Shown: one piece after another, positions 12,987 through 26,168 of the stretch
How the letters are laid out: each line of letters begins with the position of its first letter
How positions within the stretch are numbered: the stretch's first letter is position 1
DNA from: Phoronis australis
Taxonomy: Eukaryota; Animalia; Phoronida
NCBI GenBank assembly: GCA_002633005.1
Contig: NMRA01000277.1
Coordinates: forward strand, 243,127 to 307,126
Direction of reading: 5' to 3'
Length of the DNA stretch: 64,000 nucleotides
Program-made: the position numbers and the translations under genes
The notes under the pieces: model-generated
What the model was told of the DNA's origin: nothing
What the model saw: the letters and a program-made list of their open reading frames with translations, nothing else
Databases searched by the model: none

Positions 12987-14454
12987 AGACCCTATTCACG
13001 CGGCGGCCATTAAGATCCAAAGCGAGGCTCACTGCGATAAACAAAGCGAAAGCAGACATTGCGTGAGTTAAATAGCCGGTCTTTCGAGTCCAACGTGGAT
13101 ATTAGATTTTAATAATGTGTCGACCATTAACCACAGAGACGTAGAAAATTACATAAGATAAGAAGTGAAGGCCCCAAAGAGTTGTCTGACGAAAGGGTTT
13201 AATTTTTTCGGAAAACTAGGTTCGAAACATGAAAAGTAAATATGTCCAAATTGCAGCGACCGTAGTGTTACGGATTAGGTATTATGCTGAATGCAGGGTT
13301 ACGTTTAAGTTTTCTTGTAAATTGTTGATCAAAATACTTTCTACGCGGACCAGGTCATCTGCTCTTATTGTTGACGAGTTGAAGACATATTCGACAGTGG
13401 TGTCTGCCATGTGCAATTAGTCACATCTGGTTTAATTTGTTGATCAAGACTATTAACATCAAGCATAGCCTGATCCTATGCACTCACTGGGACTAACAGT
13501 TGATTTGCCATTGGTCTGAAAGAATGATTGATGTTATTAAATATATTTTTATTAAAATAAAAAACCAGGCTCGTAATTGAAAATAAAAATTATTTGACCA
13601 TCAATGCTTTCTTGGTTGTAATTATTCTTACGTCTATTTCATGTGTTAGATTTCAAATATCAATCTGGAACAAGTTGAATTTTAAAATTAAAACACCCAT
13701 GTTTCTGCAGGAGCCTCTTTCATCCGAGGGGAACGGTGCCAGTGCCTACTGACAGGCGATTTTTTCGCCGAGTGAGGGCGGGAACAATCTACCTCCCGAT
13801 CACCATCAATAACACCCCCGCCCTGTTGCAAGCTCTCATAGGCCCTGCCTCAGTTTAAAGTAGCCTTTTGTGCTCTTAAAAATTGTCACCTCACAGTGTG
13901 TGGTTACAGATGATTTGAACTCAGAGAGATTTTTCACTAGGGGAATTTTTATGCCTCGTGGGGGGAATTTCGCGTGATATTTCAATATGTTTGAGAGGGG
14001 AATAGGGCCGATATTGGGCCCCAAATTTGAGGGATTGAGGGCCCTGTTCTTTTTGGAAAGAAAAATTATAATGTTTCAACCCGTAGCACGGGCGGATCCA
14101 GGTTTTTTAATTNCCCCCTAAATCTGTAGTCATGAAAACACGGCCTGGCTGGCCCATTCTCTGGTCGTTACTATGATGCTTAACAACTGGCGACATGCGA
14201 CAAAATATGATCTAACTTTTCCAAAACATTTATAAATTTTACACGGACATATTTTGCTTCGTCGCGGCAACGACCCAACGCTTCCGAATCTCAACGTCTT
14301 GAGAGATTGTGAAGCAGACAGTTGCGTGTCCGTATTTTTCTAGCCGTTCGCGGAACAATACGGTCTGAAACACAGGACTATGTCGATAAGCTAACAGAGC
14401 TATCGTAGCGAGCCTCGTTTTGGAATTCGCCTCCTGTCGGCGTGAATAGGGTCT
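12987..14454. mobile_element. Non-autonomous DNA transposon, ISL2EU/PIF-like
   Basis: TIR AGACCCTATTCACGC…GCGTGAATAGGGTCT with AT on both sides; absent from the paralogous site at ~39240-39255; contains a single N at 14113. Confidence 0.8.
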
Positions 14455-14808
14455 ATAGTCTTTCCCGAAAAACTCCCATTGAGGCTTTTTGAGTGCAGTA
14501 TCAAGTCGGGAAAATGAGCGTTTCCGAAGAAACCCTGGAAGGTGTAATTGTGAGTTAAGGTTCTAGTCACCGCATTGTGCAGTCAAAGTGGAAAATATTT
14601 ACGCTATCCTATTTATTGGAAATTTTCCCAAAGATGACATTAATTCAGGATAACTACAGGCAAGGAAAAAACACATCAACGCGTCTACATGTAATTCTCA
14701 ACAGTAAAAGCGGTTATTACACACAAAACACATTAACACACTACAGTTTTTTCAAGGTAGCCTCTAGTCTACAGAAATTTGAAATTAAAGGAACACTCAA
14801 TTTAAACA

Positions 14809-16089
14809 TCAGTTATTCTTCTTTGCCGGCCTAAGCATGTTGTTAGTCTTTGTTCTGATCAAAATGTAAATACGTCTACTGCATCAAAACACGATGCGCA
14901 AACAAATACAGGTATAACAAATATGGTTATGAGCACGTCCATCATTGCTGCAATGTACCATGACATGTCTATCGCGAGAGGGCGTAGGTGGCCACCGCCA
15001 TGTTTGATGACGTGGTCTAGCCAAAAGGCTGCTCTTTTTCTGGGAGTTTCGGGAAAACCTTTAAAAGCACTGGATGCCTTTTTCACATTTTCCTTAAAAG
15101 ATGGGTCGCTCAGGATTTTCTGTATTGAGTCAAACGCCTCATCAGGTGTGAAAGTCTTTAAATCCATGTAAAGCCCAAATCGTTTAGACTGAATTTTTTT
15201 AGCATTGTATCTTTGATCCGTGGGCATTATGGGGACGCCCAGCATCGGCACGGAGTGGTAAAGTCCTTCATAAACACCATTTGCATCGCAGTGTGTGATG
15301 AAAAGTAGTGTGTTCCTGTGACCCAGCACGTCGTTCTGCGGTATCCACGGCTGTATCAGTACGTTTTCACTGACGACAAGTTCTGAAGTGTTAGTCTTGG
15401 GTAATTTTAATAAAACCTTTTGTTTCAAGCGAGCAAAAGCATAGAAAAACTTTTGGAGATATCTGTGTGGCATCTTTCGCACCAGTGACCCCATGGAAAA
15501 ATGAACAATTCCATGTTCAGCATCGGGGAAGAACTTTTCGAGTTCCCGTGGCAGTGGTTTGGCTGGCGATGTAGTCAAACCTCCGGCAAATACCGAGTTT
15601 GGCATTGCTGGCCTCGGGTAATCAAAGACTGGATCAATCGTACCGTAAATCCACAATGAAGAATTGGCAAGCAACTGGCGATAATTGAGATTCTCTCCAG
15701 GCAAATGTTTTTCAATTACCCATTTTGCGTTGATGGGGAAATCGACAATGTTCTGTAGTATTCTGTCCTTCAATGACTGAAATCTGTCAAAATAGTTCAT
15801 GTCTTCAGTAAAGTCGGAAAATCGGCTTGGCGTAAGACTTGTCCAAAATGGGGAGCCAGACAGTAGGTTTTCCGGAATTGGTGACTCAGTTACAAAAGGT
15901 ATTCCCAATTTCCTTGGAAGTATTGCAAAACAGCGACAGAATGGAATAGCGTCCAAAAAGATGAGTGCGAATTTCATGTCCTGTACTCGCTGCATGAAGT
16001 CACTGTCAGAAAACATGGCGTCACAGTAGTGAGCTGCGCTTGCAGACATCTCTGAAAGTAGCTCGAAAGATGAAGCTCGGCCGATAGAT
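14809..16089 (-). pseudogene. UGT: UDP-glycosyltransferase copy A, exon 2 (probably inactivated)
   Basis: UGT signature WIPQNDVLGH…FITHCDANGVYE…PTDQ and a TM segment. Acceptor reads CAT instead of CAG (16090); HCG>HCD (15285-15287); 1-nt deletion at ~14900 ends the ORF at 14859, while the ancestral frame has TGA at 14884-14886 and originally ended KKNN-stop at 14809. Confidence 0.85.
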
Positions 16090-17333
16090 ATGTGACGAAA
16101 AAAACGCGACAATAATACCTGGAATGCTCGGGTGTCACGACAAGCCCGGTGACGAACTTGTAGAAGGAATATTTAAGTTCGAAGGAAAAAAGTAAATGAA
16201 CGTTGTCGACCTTCTCGGTCCAAATCTTGAGTTCTGCAGGCTGTTAGCTTATTGATCCTTGTGCGTGACCAGTATCAAAGAATAAAACCTGGTTTTATCA
16301 ACAGAAATGCACCATTAGTCCTATTCTCTCTAATGTCATGAAAATCGTTTCTTTTTTTTTAGTGCAGTTACGTAACTTGACCATTGAAGTTAAAATTTAC
16401 ACTATTTTTCATTTTAGCTGTTCCTTTAAAAAACGAAACCCGACTTTTGGTCATCATTCACTTTTCTAAGACCAGCAAATTTACAGATATTTTAAAAGCA
16501 TTAGATTTTTCATGGATAAACTTTCTGATGTTTTATATGATTCTCTGTGAACTTCTGTGCTGTGTCCCCAAAGTTTTGTTTAAACTGAAGTAGACCAATT
16601 GCACGTGTAAAACGTTTTACTAATTTGACTAAAAGAATCATGTTAATCAGTCCAATATTAGGTTTGCTTTAGTGATTCAGTGTGTATTCCAGGATACCAT
16701 AGGAGTTTTGGGCGGTGCAGCACTGAAAAAATGAGGGTGCTAAACTCCCTCAGCTCGCCTGTGGTGCAGCGCCTATAGACCTTGTCCGGCGTACCATTGA
16801 AAAAAGTACGCCGCCCATGAGGATGGTTTCGAAGCCAGCAATGGGGGCGATTGGAGCTAATTGGCTACGGCATAGAATTTTTTTCTCCAAGGGACAGTTG
16901 CAAGTAAAGTACAGTAATCTATGCTTTATTTAAATCAACGTTTGATTAGTGAAAACAAAAAGATTGTAGACTATGGGACCAGATATCGATGCTCGTTTTC
17001 CCGTGGTATATGGTATAACAAAGAATCATGGCAAGGTGCTACGTCTGTTGTGGTTGTGACAACTTAAGGTGTAATTTGCAAGGTCCAAGTATGTTAAATT
17101 GCAATAATATCTTCAAGGTATTGCTATTTGGATGTATTTTATTCAAATCATCGTTTTATTGTATCTTTAGTTATTTAAAAAAGCGAAAATAAGAAAAAGC
17201 GCGAAAAGCTGACCTTTGACACCGTGACATGGTTGGGGAACACAAACCAGATCATATCCCACAATGCAGTTCACTGCTATTATATCACAGTACACGAAGA
17301 ACAAAGACCGTTCAACTTTGGCGTGTTTTAGCC

Positions 17334-17580
17334 ATGGTGCATCGGTGTGTGTGTGCTAACTATTTTAACACCACCCAGGTGGAAGGCATGAGCCCATTTA
17401 AATTCTAAAAAGACAAGCATCTGGCTGCGTAATGGCAGGTTTTCGTGTGCTCTGCTCGTCTTTTGAGAATGACTGTCGAGTCAGCCATCTGTCGGAGCCG
17501 AAATATGCTTCGACCATTTTTAGGATCGGCTGCTTTGACGACAAACACATCATGAAGGTTGAAGCTGTTCTTATAAAAAG
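17334..17580 (+). pseudogene. THAP zinc-finger N-terminus of the Kolobok transposase (decayed)
   Basis: Translates MVHRCVCANYFNTTQVEGMSPFKF*KDKHLAA*WQVFV; followed by a GTAAGT donor at 17581. Confidence 0.7.
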
Positions 17581-18322
17581 GTAAGTTACCTTGAGAATTT
17601 TGATGTCTAATATTTCATGACGCTTTCGCAGGGCCTGAACAATAACATTCTTTTTTCACAATCACCGTAGTTCTCAAGTGTTTAAAATCTGTTGTTTTTC
17701 CGTGAAAGATTTAGTTATAAATGGATCAGTAAAACTAAAAGCCACAACAAATAAAGCTGGTCTCAAAAGATGCATGTATTTTGAAAAGAATGCAAACTTT
17801 GAATAAAGTAAAACAGGATGGTAACTCAATTCCAAGGTTTTGATTATTAAAGTAGTCAGTTTCAAAAAAAAAACAGGATTAAAATCTAGTTTTGGCATTT
17901 GCTTGAATGTTATAAAAGAAGGCGAAAACTTGCAATTAGATATCATCGTGTTTTACTTTAATCATGGACAACTCTGGATTCAAAATGTTTTGTTTTTACT
18001 TTTGAATTGCCGCTGTTGTGCTTTTCAGAGTATGTAAATGAAAGGAGAACACCTTCCACTTAGTGCGGAACAAAAGAGAAGCTGGAGATCTTGAAATTCG
18101 CTTAGAAATTGATGCCCCCCCAATGCCGACTGCTGGTGCTCCAGATGTGTCCAAGGAGGATGCCGTGGAACAGATAAATTCAGACTTGGTGCTTTGTCAA
18201 AGGACAGCACTAGAATTTCTTTCCGTCACATAATTAACAGTCACTACCAATGTTTTAGATCAAATTTTTAATAGTGGTACAGATAGCAATGCCAGAGTGT
18301 TTATAGTACCAGTAGTGGAAAT

Positions 18323-19495
18323 AGGCCTTTTGCGAGTTTATAACAATAACGCGAGATTATGTGAGACTTAACTGTGACGTCACGGGAAGTGGGGCAAAAG
18401 CTTGTCGTTTGGTCATTTGCCCAATACGGTAGCAGAGTGTATTCTGTTATTGTCTTCGAGTTTTTAGCCGTTTAGTTCGAAAAATGTCCAAAAGCATTGC
18501 TGTTATGGCAAATGAACTTCAGATTCGCACTACAATACGTTCTATCGCGTTCTGTACTAATTTCGTCCCGTGTATTTTAAACGGGCGGTAGGCGAAATCC
18601 GATCACTGGTAAAGTTTTCACCTCGTCGAAAATACATTCTACACCTATAATTAGCACCTAAAAGGCTCTTACTTTCTTCAGTGACTCTTTCTGCTTCTAA
18701 ACATATCTTCGATGAAGCATATATACGGGAATTCAGGTGACTTAGGCGAAGAATTCCAACTCCACTTTGTGGTTACTGTTAACTTTGTCCGCGTGCGCGA
18801 TTACCACAATCAAGTAGTTCAACTGAGTCAGGTGAGTATGAGGCAAAGGCTAGCGCGAGACTGAGCGAAGCGCGAGATCTGGCGCGTGACCTGGCGCGTG
18901 ACACTTGCAAAATAGCATGAGAAAATATCAAGTGAAATTTGTAAGATTTGTGTCCCTTGGACTTTTTGTTCGTCAACAGGCGTGATTTCACGTAACTTCC
19001 TCAAAATGGCGGCTCTTTAGTGAGAGAAACTCGAGAGAACCGCGAGGTTTTCATGAATATGCTCAAGTTATTTGTAGACTAAATTGTGTCCAGAGTCAGG
19101 GTATGTGTTAATTATAACTTCATGTGCACATATGCATGTTTCATTTGATTTTATTTGCTGTATTTTGAAGTGAATATCTTTTTATGGGGATACACTATCG
19201 CCCCTGTATGCCTGCGCCATTCAGGCCTAGAGCGGGTTAAGTTCCAATTTCAGTCCGTTCACAGCTTCGCACAACATAACAAGGTCACATTTTCTTCGTC
19301 TATTCACAGTTATTCCACGACCCATCTACCATATCTTAAGTCGTTATAACGTTTTAAGCGTAAAATTCACCATAAGAACTCCAGTAAGTTTTAGCGTGTG
19401 TAGCAAAGACTCGGGGCAAAACAAGAGCAATATGGCGGGTTTTGCCCCATTTCCGGTGACGTCACAGTGACTAGCGAGAAACTCGCAAGTGAGCT
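18323..19495. mobile_element. ISL2EU-like non-autonomous element nested in the Kolobok
   Basis: Imperfect TIRs (TTGCGAGTTT…CTGTGACGTCACsGGAAnTGGGGCAAA at both ends), AT flanks, and a THAP-like remnant at 18484 (MSKKHCCYGK*TSDSHY after restoring one base). Confidence 0.7.
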
Positions 19496-19580
19496 ATTGT
19501 GAAAAGCTTTTGTGTGTGGTATTTGGCTGTCCCATTTGTATACATAAACCCAGTGATATACTATGTTCTTATATTGAAAC

Positions 19581-19728
19581 TAGTGGCAGATTTAGAGGGG
19601 GGCCATGCCCACCCTAAAATTCTCCCAGATTCCATTTGACTGTTTGGGGGTGCGAATGTCTGACGGGCAAAATCCTGGCTAATACCGTGCCCTGACCCCC
19701 CTATCTCAAAATCCTGGATCCGCACCTA
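19581..19728. mobile_element. hAT-like MITE of the same family as 5400-5745
   Basis: TAGTGGCAGATTTAG…CTGGATCCGCACCTA. Confidence 0.6.
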
Positions 19729-20130
19729 GAAACATTTCAATGGTTCTTCAATACAATGACTATAAATATTGCGGCATAGCTTTTTTAAGTATTTGCACTA
19801 AACTGATGCTGTCCCATACAGTGGGTCGGTAAAGGAAGACTTTCTTAAGTGGGGGTGAAAAGGTACTTGTTTGGGTCGTCAGTCTTTTCGTGCGACGATC
19901 TCATCTAAATTGTACACAGAATAATCACTTGCACAGAATTCGAACATTGTCTTGGGAATTTTTTAGTGAGTGGTATAAGCACTCCCTCCAGATTTCCCAA
20001 TTCCTACTCATGTGCATACTTTTTGTGTTTTCACACCATGTCATAGACATCTAAAGCTATTGCATACTGGAGCTTTTGGGTTGAGATTCAGTGGTTACTG
20101 TGTCGTGTTATTTGATTTCTCATTGAATTA

Positions 20131-20262
20131 CAGTAGAACTCGCTAAGTTGTATACAGAGATATTTCATCACAGTTAGAGTTATTTGGAGGCGTTACTGCG
20201 GAATTAATGCTAACCTTTCTAAAGTTCCCACTGAAGCGCTACCAATTTAGAGAGTTCTACTG
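20131..20262. mobile_element. Tc1/mariner (pogo/Tigger-like) MITE
   Basis: TA|CAGTAGAACTC…GAGTTCTACTG|TA: perfect 11-bp TIR and TA duplication. Confidence 0.85.
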
Positions 20263-20821
20263 TATAAGAAGAGGGCAGAAGATTCAGTCTCTACTTCAGA
20301 CTATGGCCCAGATTCAAAACTTTTAATTTTTTATGTAACAGCCATACTGTTCAAAGTGTTCGCTTCAAGCACACAAACTGCACTCCAATGAGACCAATTC
20401 CTCTGTTTACCTAGGTAAACCATAAGTTCAACTGAAGTTGAGTTTAGACGTTTATAATGTAGTCCTAGTTAAATTACACTTGTCATGACCATGTTATTAC
20501 AGTATAAGTAACAAGATTGATGAGCATCAATAAATGCTGCTCGCTGTGTTAATTATTTACCATTCTGAAACCACAGAAGTCTATTCATGGAATGCCTACT
20601 TCAATTTCATGCCGCTGAGGTTGCACCGCGATTGCATTCGTTTGATACGATGTTTGATCTTTCTATGGAATTTGTCAAAACAACTTTTTGCAACCTCGTT
20701 TGAATTACATAAAACTAGTCCCCGAGTCACAAGTTTTTAATAACAGAATACATAGGTCATGTGGAGGAGTTGGCATTCCAAGGCTAAGACAACTGTTGAT
20801 TTCTATAAATGGGTGAAAGTT

Positions 20822-22751
20822 TTAAGAAAATCTTTGGAACACAAAGCCTTCCTCATTTCCTGGCGGAGGGTAGAAAGCTCTGATGCCGGCTACTGCTTAT
20901 GCTGGAATGACAACACGGACTGTTCGTCCTAAGTGACCGTGTACCCATCTTCGGAACTATCTGTAGGCCACGTGTCAAATCCTTTTATCCAAGGGTCTGT
21001 CATAGCCATCAGGATATTGGCTTTTGTACTGCAACCATGCAGTCTCCAAAACACCACGATTGATGTATACAGTTTTAAACCCCCATGCTCCACAATACAT
21101 TTTTTCTTCTGTGTTAGTTGTCACGCTTCATTTCTTCATCAAGTTTTGCAACAACCTTGTTAACTTCTTGGCAACATACTCTTTCTTCAACAACTGAGGT
21201 TGTCTGACAGTTGCCCCAGGTGCACCTGCAAGATGTGTCAACAATAATACATTATTTCAGTAAACATCAAAATTTCGAATTGAAAAATTTACCAAGAGTG
21301 CCTCTACCAAATTGAGGGGTCTGAAAACGACTTCAGTTTTCAGGAAAATTGGTTGGAACATCACAACCTATTTATTTTTTGTACAAATTGATCATATATA
21401 GTAAAGATATTTACTTTTCATACAAATGAATAGTGCTACACCCAAGGCAGTGGTAGATCATGCCCGGGGTATATAGTAATGGACATTAGTTGTTTGTTTT
21501 TTTAGCTGACCCTAAGACAAAAGGTAGTTGCCCTGATTCATTGATGGAGGGGACTGTTTTGTAGGTAGTCGTGAGACCTGTTCTCCCAATCTGAATCCTA
21601 TCGGCACCCACATACCATTAATCAAACTAGACAATGACAATGGGGCAAACCAAAAGCAGTGTTGCCACTCAAAGGGTCGCCCATACAGGTGTATTTTAAA
21701 TATTACAGTATACATTAAAACTTCTTGATATGCTATATGGGCAATCACCAATCCAATGGTATGCTCTCTTTACTCTATACAAACTTTACCAGGCGGTTCC
21801 TACCCAAGTCGACTCGTAACCAAGCCATGTACTATATTTCATTTATAAATAATGGCAACATTGGGTCAATGTACATCGACATGAAATGGTTGTTTCCATT
21901 TCAAGCATCGCCTTACAACACATGTGTTGATTGATATAGGTCCGAGTTGACTAGAGTACGAAAATGAAATGACTTGTTCTATAACCTATAGAATTATGCC
22001 CTCGCTCAGCAGCAAGGTGAGAAAGTCTAAATTATAAAATTACAATTCATTCATCCTCTTCTTTACAATTCACAGTCGATTATTCCAAAGTGGTTCTCAT
22101 TCATTCCCTTGCATACATTTATTCACTCACTAGTAACACCCCGCTCAGTCTCGGAGAAGTAAGAGACAATTTTGTTCAATGCTCAATTGCATGCCAGTGA
22201 AACCCAGGATTCGAACCTGAGTCTCACGCGCTCAAACCACTGAGCCACACTGTCTACAAATAATCAGAGACCTAACACTTTTTGAGTGATTTGCTAAAAT
22301 GCAAAAAATCCCAGTTTTAACACTGAAACTGTATTTATCCACGGCTGAAACACGATTCACCAATGGGGATATGGGCGCCTGGGAGTGACTGGTAAAGCAC
22401 CTACTTTTGAATTAGAAAAGACCAAGTTATAATTCACGGTTGTAGGATACATATTGATAATATTCTTACCAATCACTAACATCTAATCGCAACTCCTGCG
22501 CACCTTCAGCCTGTTGACGTTCACAGGACGAACCCGCTGGGAGTGAGTCTTCGGCGACCAGAGAAAGGGCCGTGAAAGGGATCGAGGGAGAACGGCTCCA
22601 CTACAGAAAATACAGTGTATTGTTCCTCTGGGATCTGTCACCTCTACCTCCACGTCCGAAAGGTCGGAATCATCTGAAAAGTCCACCTGTCCGTCCCTGT
22701 ATCGTTCAAAGTATTCCTCATCTACGCTGCTGTACTCACTTGGACACACAT
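20822..22751 (-). pseudogene. KolX / P2X7-C-terminal-like Cys-rich accessory gene of Kolobok, two exons (decayed)
   Basis: Exon 1 (~22751-22470) is acidic, has VEPFSLDP and ends DVSDW at a GTAAG donor. Exon 2 from 21225 reads CTWGNC…ERVCCQE…CIVEHGGF…INRGVLETA…HVAYR*FRRWVHGHLGRTVRVVIPA*AVAGIRAFYP. Confidence 0.85.
21985..22252 (-). mobile_element. tRNA-derived SINE in the KolX intron
   Basis: Minus strand has an A box (TGGCTCAGTGG) and B box (GGTTCGAATCC) followed by a non-tRNA body; 3' boundary approximate. Confidence 0.6.
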
Positions 22752-25700
22752 TGCTTCCTTTGTGTTCCCCAACACCACGTCAAAGATGTGTAACGAACCA
22801 AAATGGCGCAGTTTCTATTCTCCGTTACAACGATGACGTTACAACACCACGGCACTAAATATGTAAATAACTTTGTATAGCGGCGTAAAATTCAGTTAAT
22901 GTTAAGAATATAACAATGATAATTATAAACTAGAATTTAGACCATATTGTTGTTCAGATTGGTTTGGACATTGCAAATTCCTCTTTAATAGGAAATCGGG
23001 ATGCGCGGATATGGCACAAGTTTGTACAGGTAACCCGTCCGTCGGTGTACATGACACATTGGTTGTGGGTACGTCCATACGTCACACTTATTCCCATGGA
23101 TCCGTGAAACTGAAATAGCTTTTCTCGAATTTCGGGATATTGAATTCATGAATGTGATATGCCGTGATATAAAGGAAAGATAAAAGATGTTGACGATGTA
23201 TTCATTTCTCAAAACAAGGTAGATTTTGGTTTTAAACAATTAAACGGTAGAATTTTCACCAAAACAACATTAAGTTACTTTACATGAATTTCTCATTTTA
23301 CACTGACTTCCGCATCAACCCACGTTTAGGCGAGGTTCACAAACGTACTCTTGCCTCTATTATGCGCAACGCTAAGCCGAAGGCGTCTGTACTTAATTTC
23401 AGTCAGGGATTCGTTGAAAATGTATTTTCAGAATGTTTACAACTGGAATTGGGTAATAAAATGTCAGTAATAAATAACCCTGCATATTAAAGTACAGTAT
23501 CCCTTTTTGAAAAACAAAACTGCTCATGTTCAAGACTTAAAGAATCACCACATAAATATGTAGAACATAAAATATCGGTGTGTGAATTATGAAAATTGGT
23601 TCACTATTATTGGGTTTTCGCACATCAAAATTAAGTTGACTTCAGCTGCTTGACTGATAAGGAATGCACACTACGCACAACTGTTTTCGCCCGAATGGAC
23701 TTGTGCTATAAGCAACACAAAATATATGGAAATGGGCTGTCTGGACTCTCTGGGTGGTGTTTGATCAATGCGAGTATTTAATATAAATGACAATCTTATA
23801 TCATGTAAGCATTGTTACCTGTACGTGTAACTGCCGATATATTAATACCCTGACAATTTCGATCAGTAAAAACAAGCCTGCTCGTCAACAATATTGGAAG
23901 GTAACACTGAACAGTTACATTGGAGCCACGGGGCAATTTGTAATACCTAAAATTTAAATCAAGGGTATGTGTAAGGTTTGGCGTCTGATTTGAGGAATAC
24001 TGGTTTGCTTCTGCTTTTGAATGAGAAAAGCCAAGTTTTTAGCCGTGACCTACTTTTGATGCAAAATATTGGCTGTCGTTTGTTTTCAACTCCTGTAGCC
24101 TGCTGTCTGAGAAACCGTTTGGAATTGGTACCTGTAAAACAGATTAATTTTTTGGAATTTTTTCCAATGTGATATAACCCTTTAAAGTATGTAACATGGT
24201 TAAATTTCAGTTATCTCGAGCAGTGTTTTAGAGTTAGGAATGCTAAAAAAATGTTTTTTCAGACTCTTGATAAGAACGTGGAGTTAAATCGGGTTCGGCA
24301 AATCGACTTAATTTGACATTAGGAACACAAGTTCTCGAAAACGGCTTGTTGACTCTGGCTGAATTTTTTCAAATGTAATAGATATTCATTAACCTCATAA
24401 AAGTTGTTGGGATTATTTATATAAAGGCCTAGTCTTTGCATAATGTACATGTAACAAAGACGAATAACATCGACTTTTATTTTTTACAAAAGTATCTTAC
24501 GTTTTGCGAGTTGATTTGTCATAGAAATCTAAAAAGACTAGCATTTTAGGTAACTGGTGAAGTTTGAATTTAAAGTGGCATGGACTGCGAAAACAAGGAA
24601 AAAATATATTTTAAACAATCCCTAACAAAAGAACAGTACCTTCTTGCAACATATATTGCAGACTTATCCACTTTCCCTTGTGACGAAATGTCCAGATAAA
24701 ATCACACAAGTCGCGATTTTGAAAGAAATACGAAAAAAATTGGTAACCGCAGCATTTCTAATCTCCCTCCCACTTATATGTACGATAAATTTGTGCATGC
24801 GCTAACAGTCTGCAAACAGCTGACTCTGTGACAAGATATAGTGTAGTAAAGTGCTGTGGAGTGAATATCTTGTCACCCAATGCGTTTTGTACCTCGTGTC
24901 GTGATGGAGTTTATGATTAAGTTCTGTTAATGTTGCCTACTGATCTTGGTAACTTTTGACTTGGATCTGTCGAGCGGTTATCATTGCAATTCCAGGCTGG
25001 CCAAACGCCTTACTGCTTGGTGCGTACTATTAAGTACTAGTTCTGTCCTGCTTCTAGCTATGAAATGTATCTCGGTAGTTATTGGGACATAGCGGCCCAG
25101 GCATTAATATTACTTCGAACTGATAAAGTAGTAGTCCGAGAACTCACTGAGAAATTATTTGTGTGAACGTTAAATTCAGACAAAACTTCATCGAGTTTCA
25201 TTGTCTGTTGAAATTACTAGATACATGGATATGGTTTCTCATTTAGCTAGTGACCCATTAGTTGGTTGTAGTTACAATACATGTAGTTATGGACCCCCCT
25301 CATTTGGCTAGAGTGCCCTTACCTTCACCTTACAACACAAAAGTTGATTTGGTTTTGGAAACGGCGACAACATAACTTCAGGAAGATGAATAAATTTAGA
25401 TCCACAATTTTGAATTACTGGGAGTGTAATGCAGCGTATGAACCATGATTTTGACCGTCAGACATTCGCACCCCCGAACTAACAAATGAAATCTGGGTAA
25501 GTTTCAGGTGGGGTGGCATGGCCCCCTTGGCCCTATCAAAATCTGCCACTGGGAATGATCTTAAATATATGAAAGCTAGTTTCAAATTATTTTGTTTGCT
25601 AAATTTCAGAATATTGTTGAAGCGAATATACACATCACACCTGCTTATCACCAAGATTGACAGCTTGTATTCGGTTGATTTTTTGAAACGCTAACAGAAA

Positions 25701-26168
25701 TTTCGAAGCAGTATTACTTCAAGATAGTACCACCGTCCCAACTGCCACTGTAAAGACACTAGTTGTCACATGAGCCCTCCACACGGCGGAGGTTCAAAAC
25801 TCCATTAATCAAACTGAAACCACAGTACTATTCTTGTATTTTTTGCCCTACAAAGTTAATGCACAATCGTTTGTGGATCGAATTTCAAAGTTAAAATACA
25901 TCTATTGAGGAAAAATTTTGGGTTAAAAATTCCAATCCATAGCAAACAAAAATTGTCAATGAATTGCACTGAGTTTTAAGCAACACAGCGCATTAAATTT
26001 GCATGGGAAAAAATTCTCTGCGTGGTGCATAACAATAGGGAGTCGCGAGGAGTGCCATTCGATCCAAAAGAAAATTTGCCCTGTGTCAACGAACTACCTG
26101 CAAGTTGCATGTTTAATTCCTTTTTGTTAATTCCAGTATGACCTCATCAATTCGTTAATGTCACTTAC

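Larger units (their letters stand above)
17068..22984. mobile_element. Decayed Kolobok DNA transposon inside the UGT-A intron
   Basis: TTAA on both sides (17064-67, 22985-88); TIR GGTGTAATTTGCAAGGTCCAA vs AGAGGAATTTGCAATGTCCAA; convergent THAP and KolX-like genes; absent from intron B. Confidence 0.85.

Noticed and set aside
14923-16029. Plus-strand ORFs conserved in all three UGT copies (also 40550, 41342, 53855, 54647)
   Set aside because: Antisense shadows of the duplicated UGT exon.
16090-16112. ORF-track N-termini MSRFFRHI, MFSDY and MFLFFHH as real starts
   Set aside because: They are translated polypyrimidine tracts from non-ATG starts; the true N-terminus is the upstream exon 1.
22190-22252. 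Possible tRNA gene (also 27330-27410)
   Set aside because: Pol III boxes are present but there is no complete cloverleaf; these are SINE or repeat-derived.
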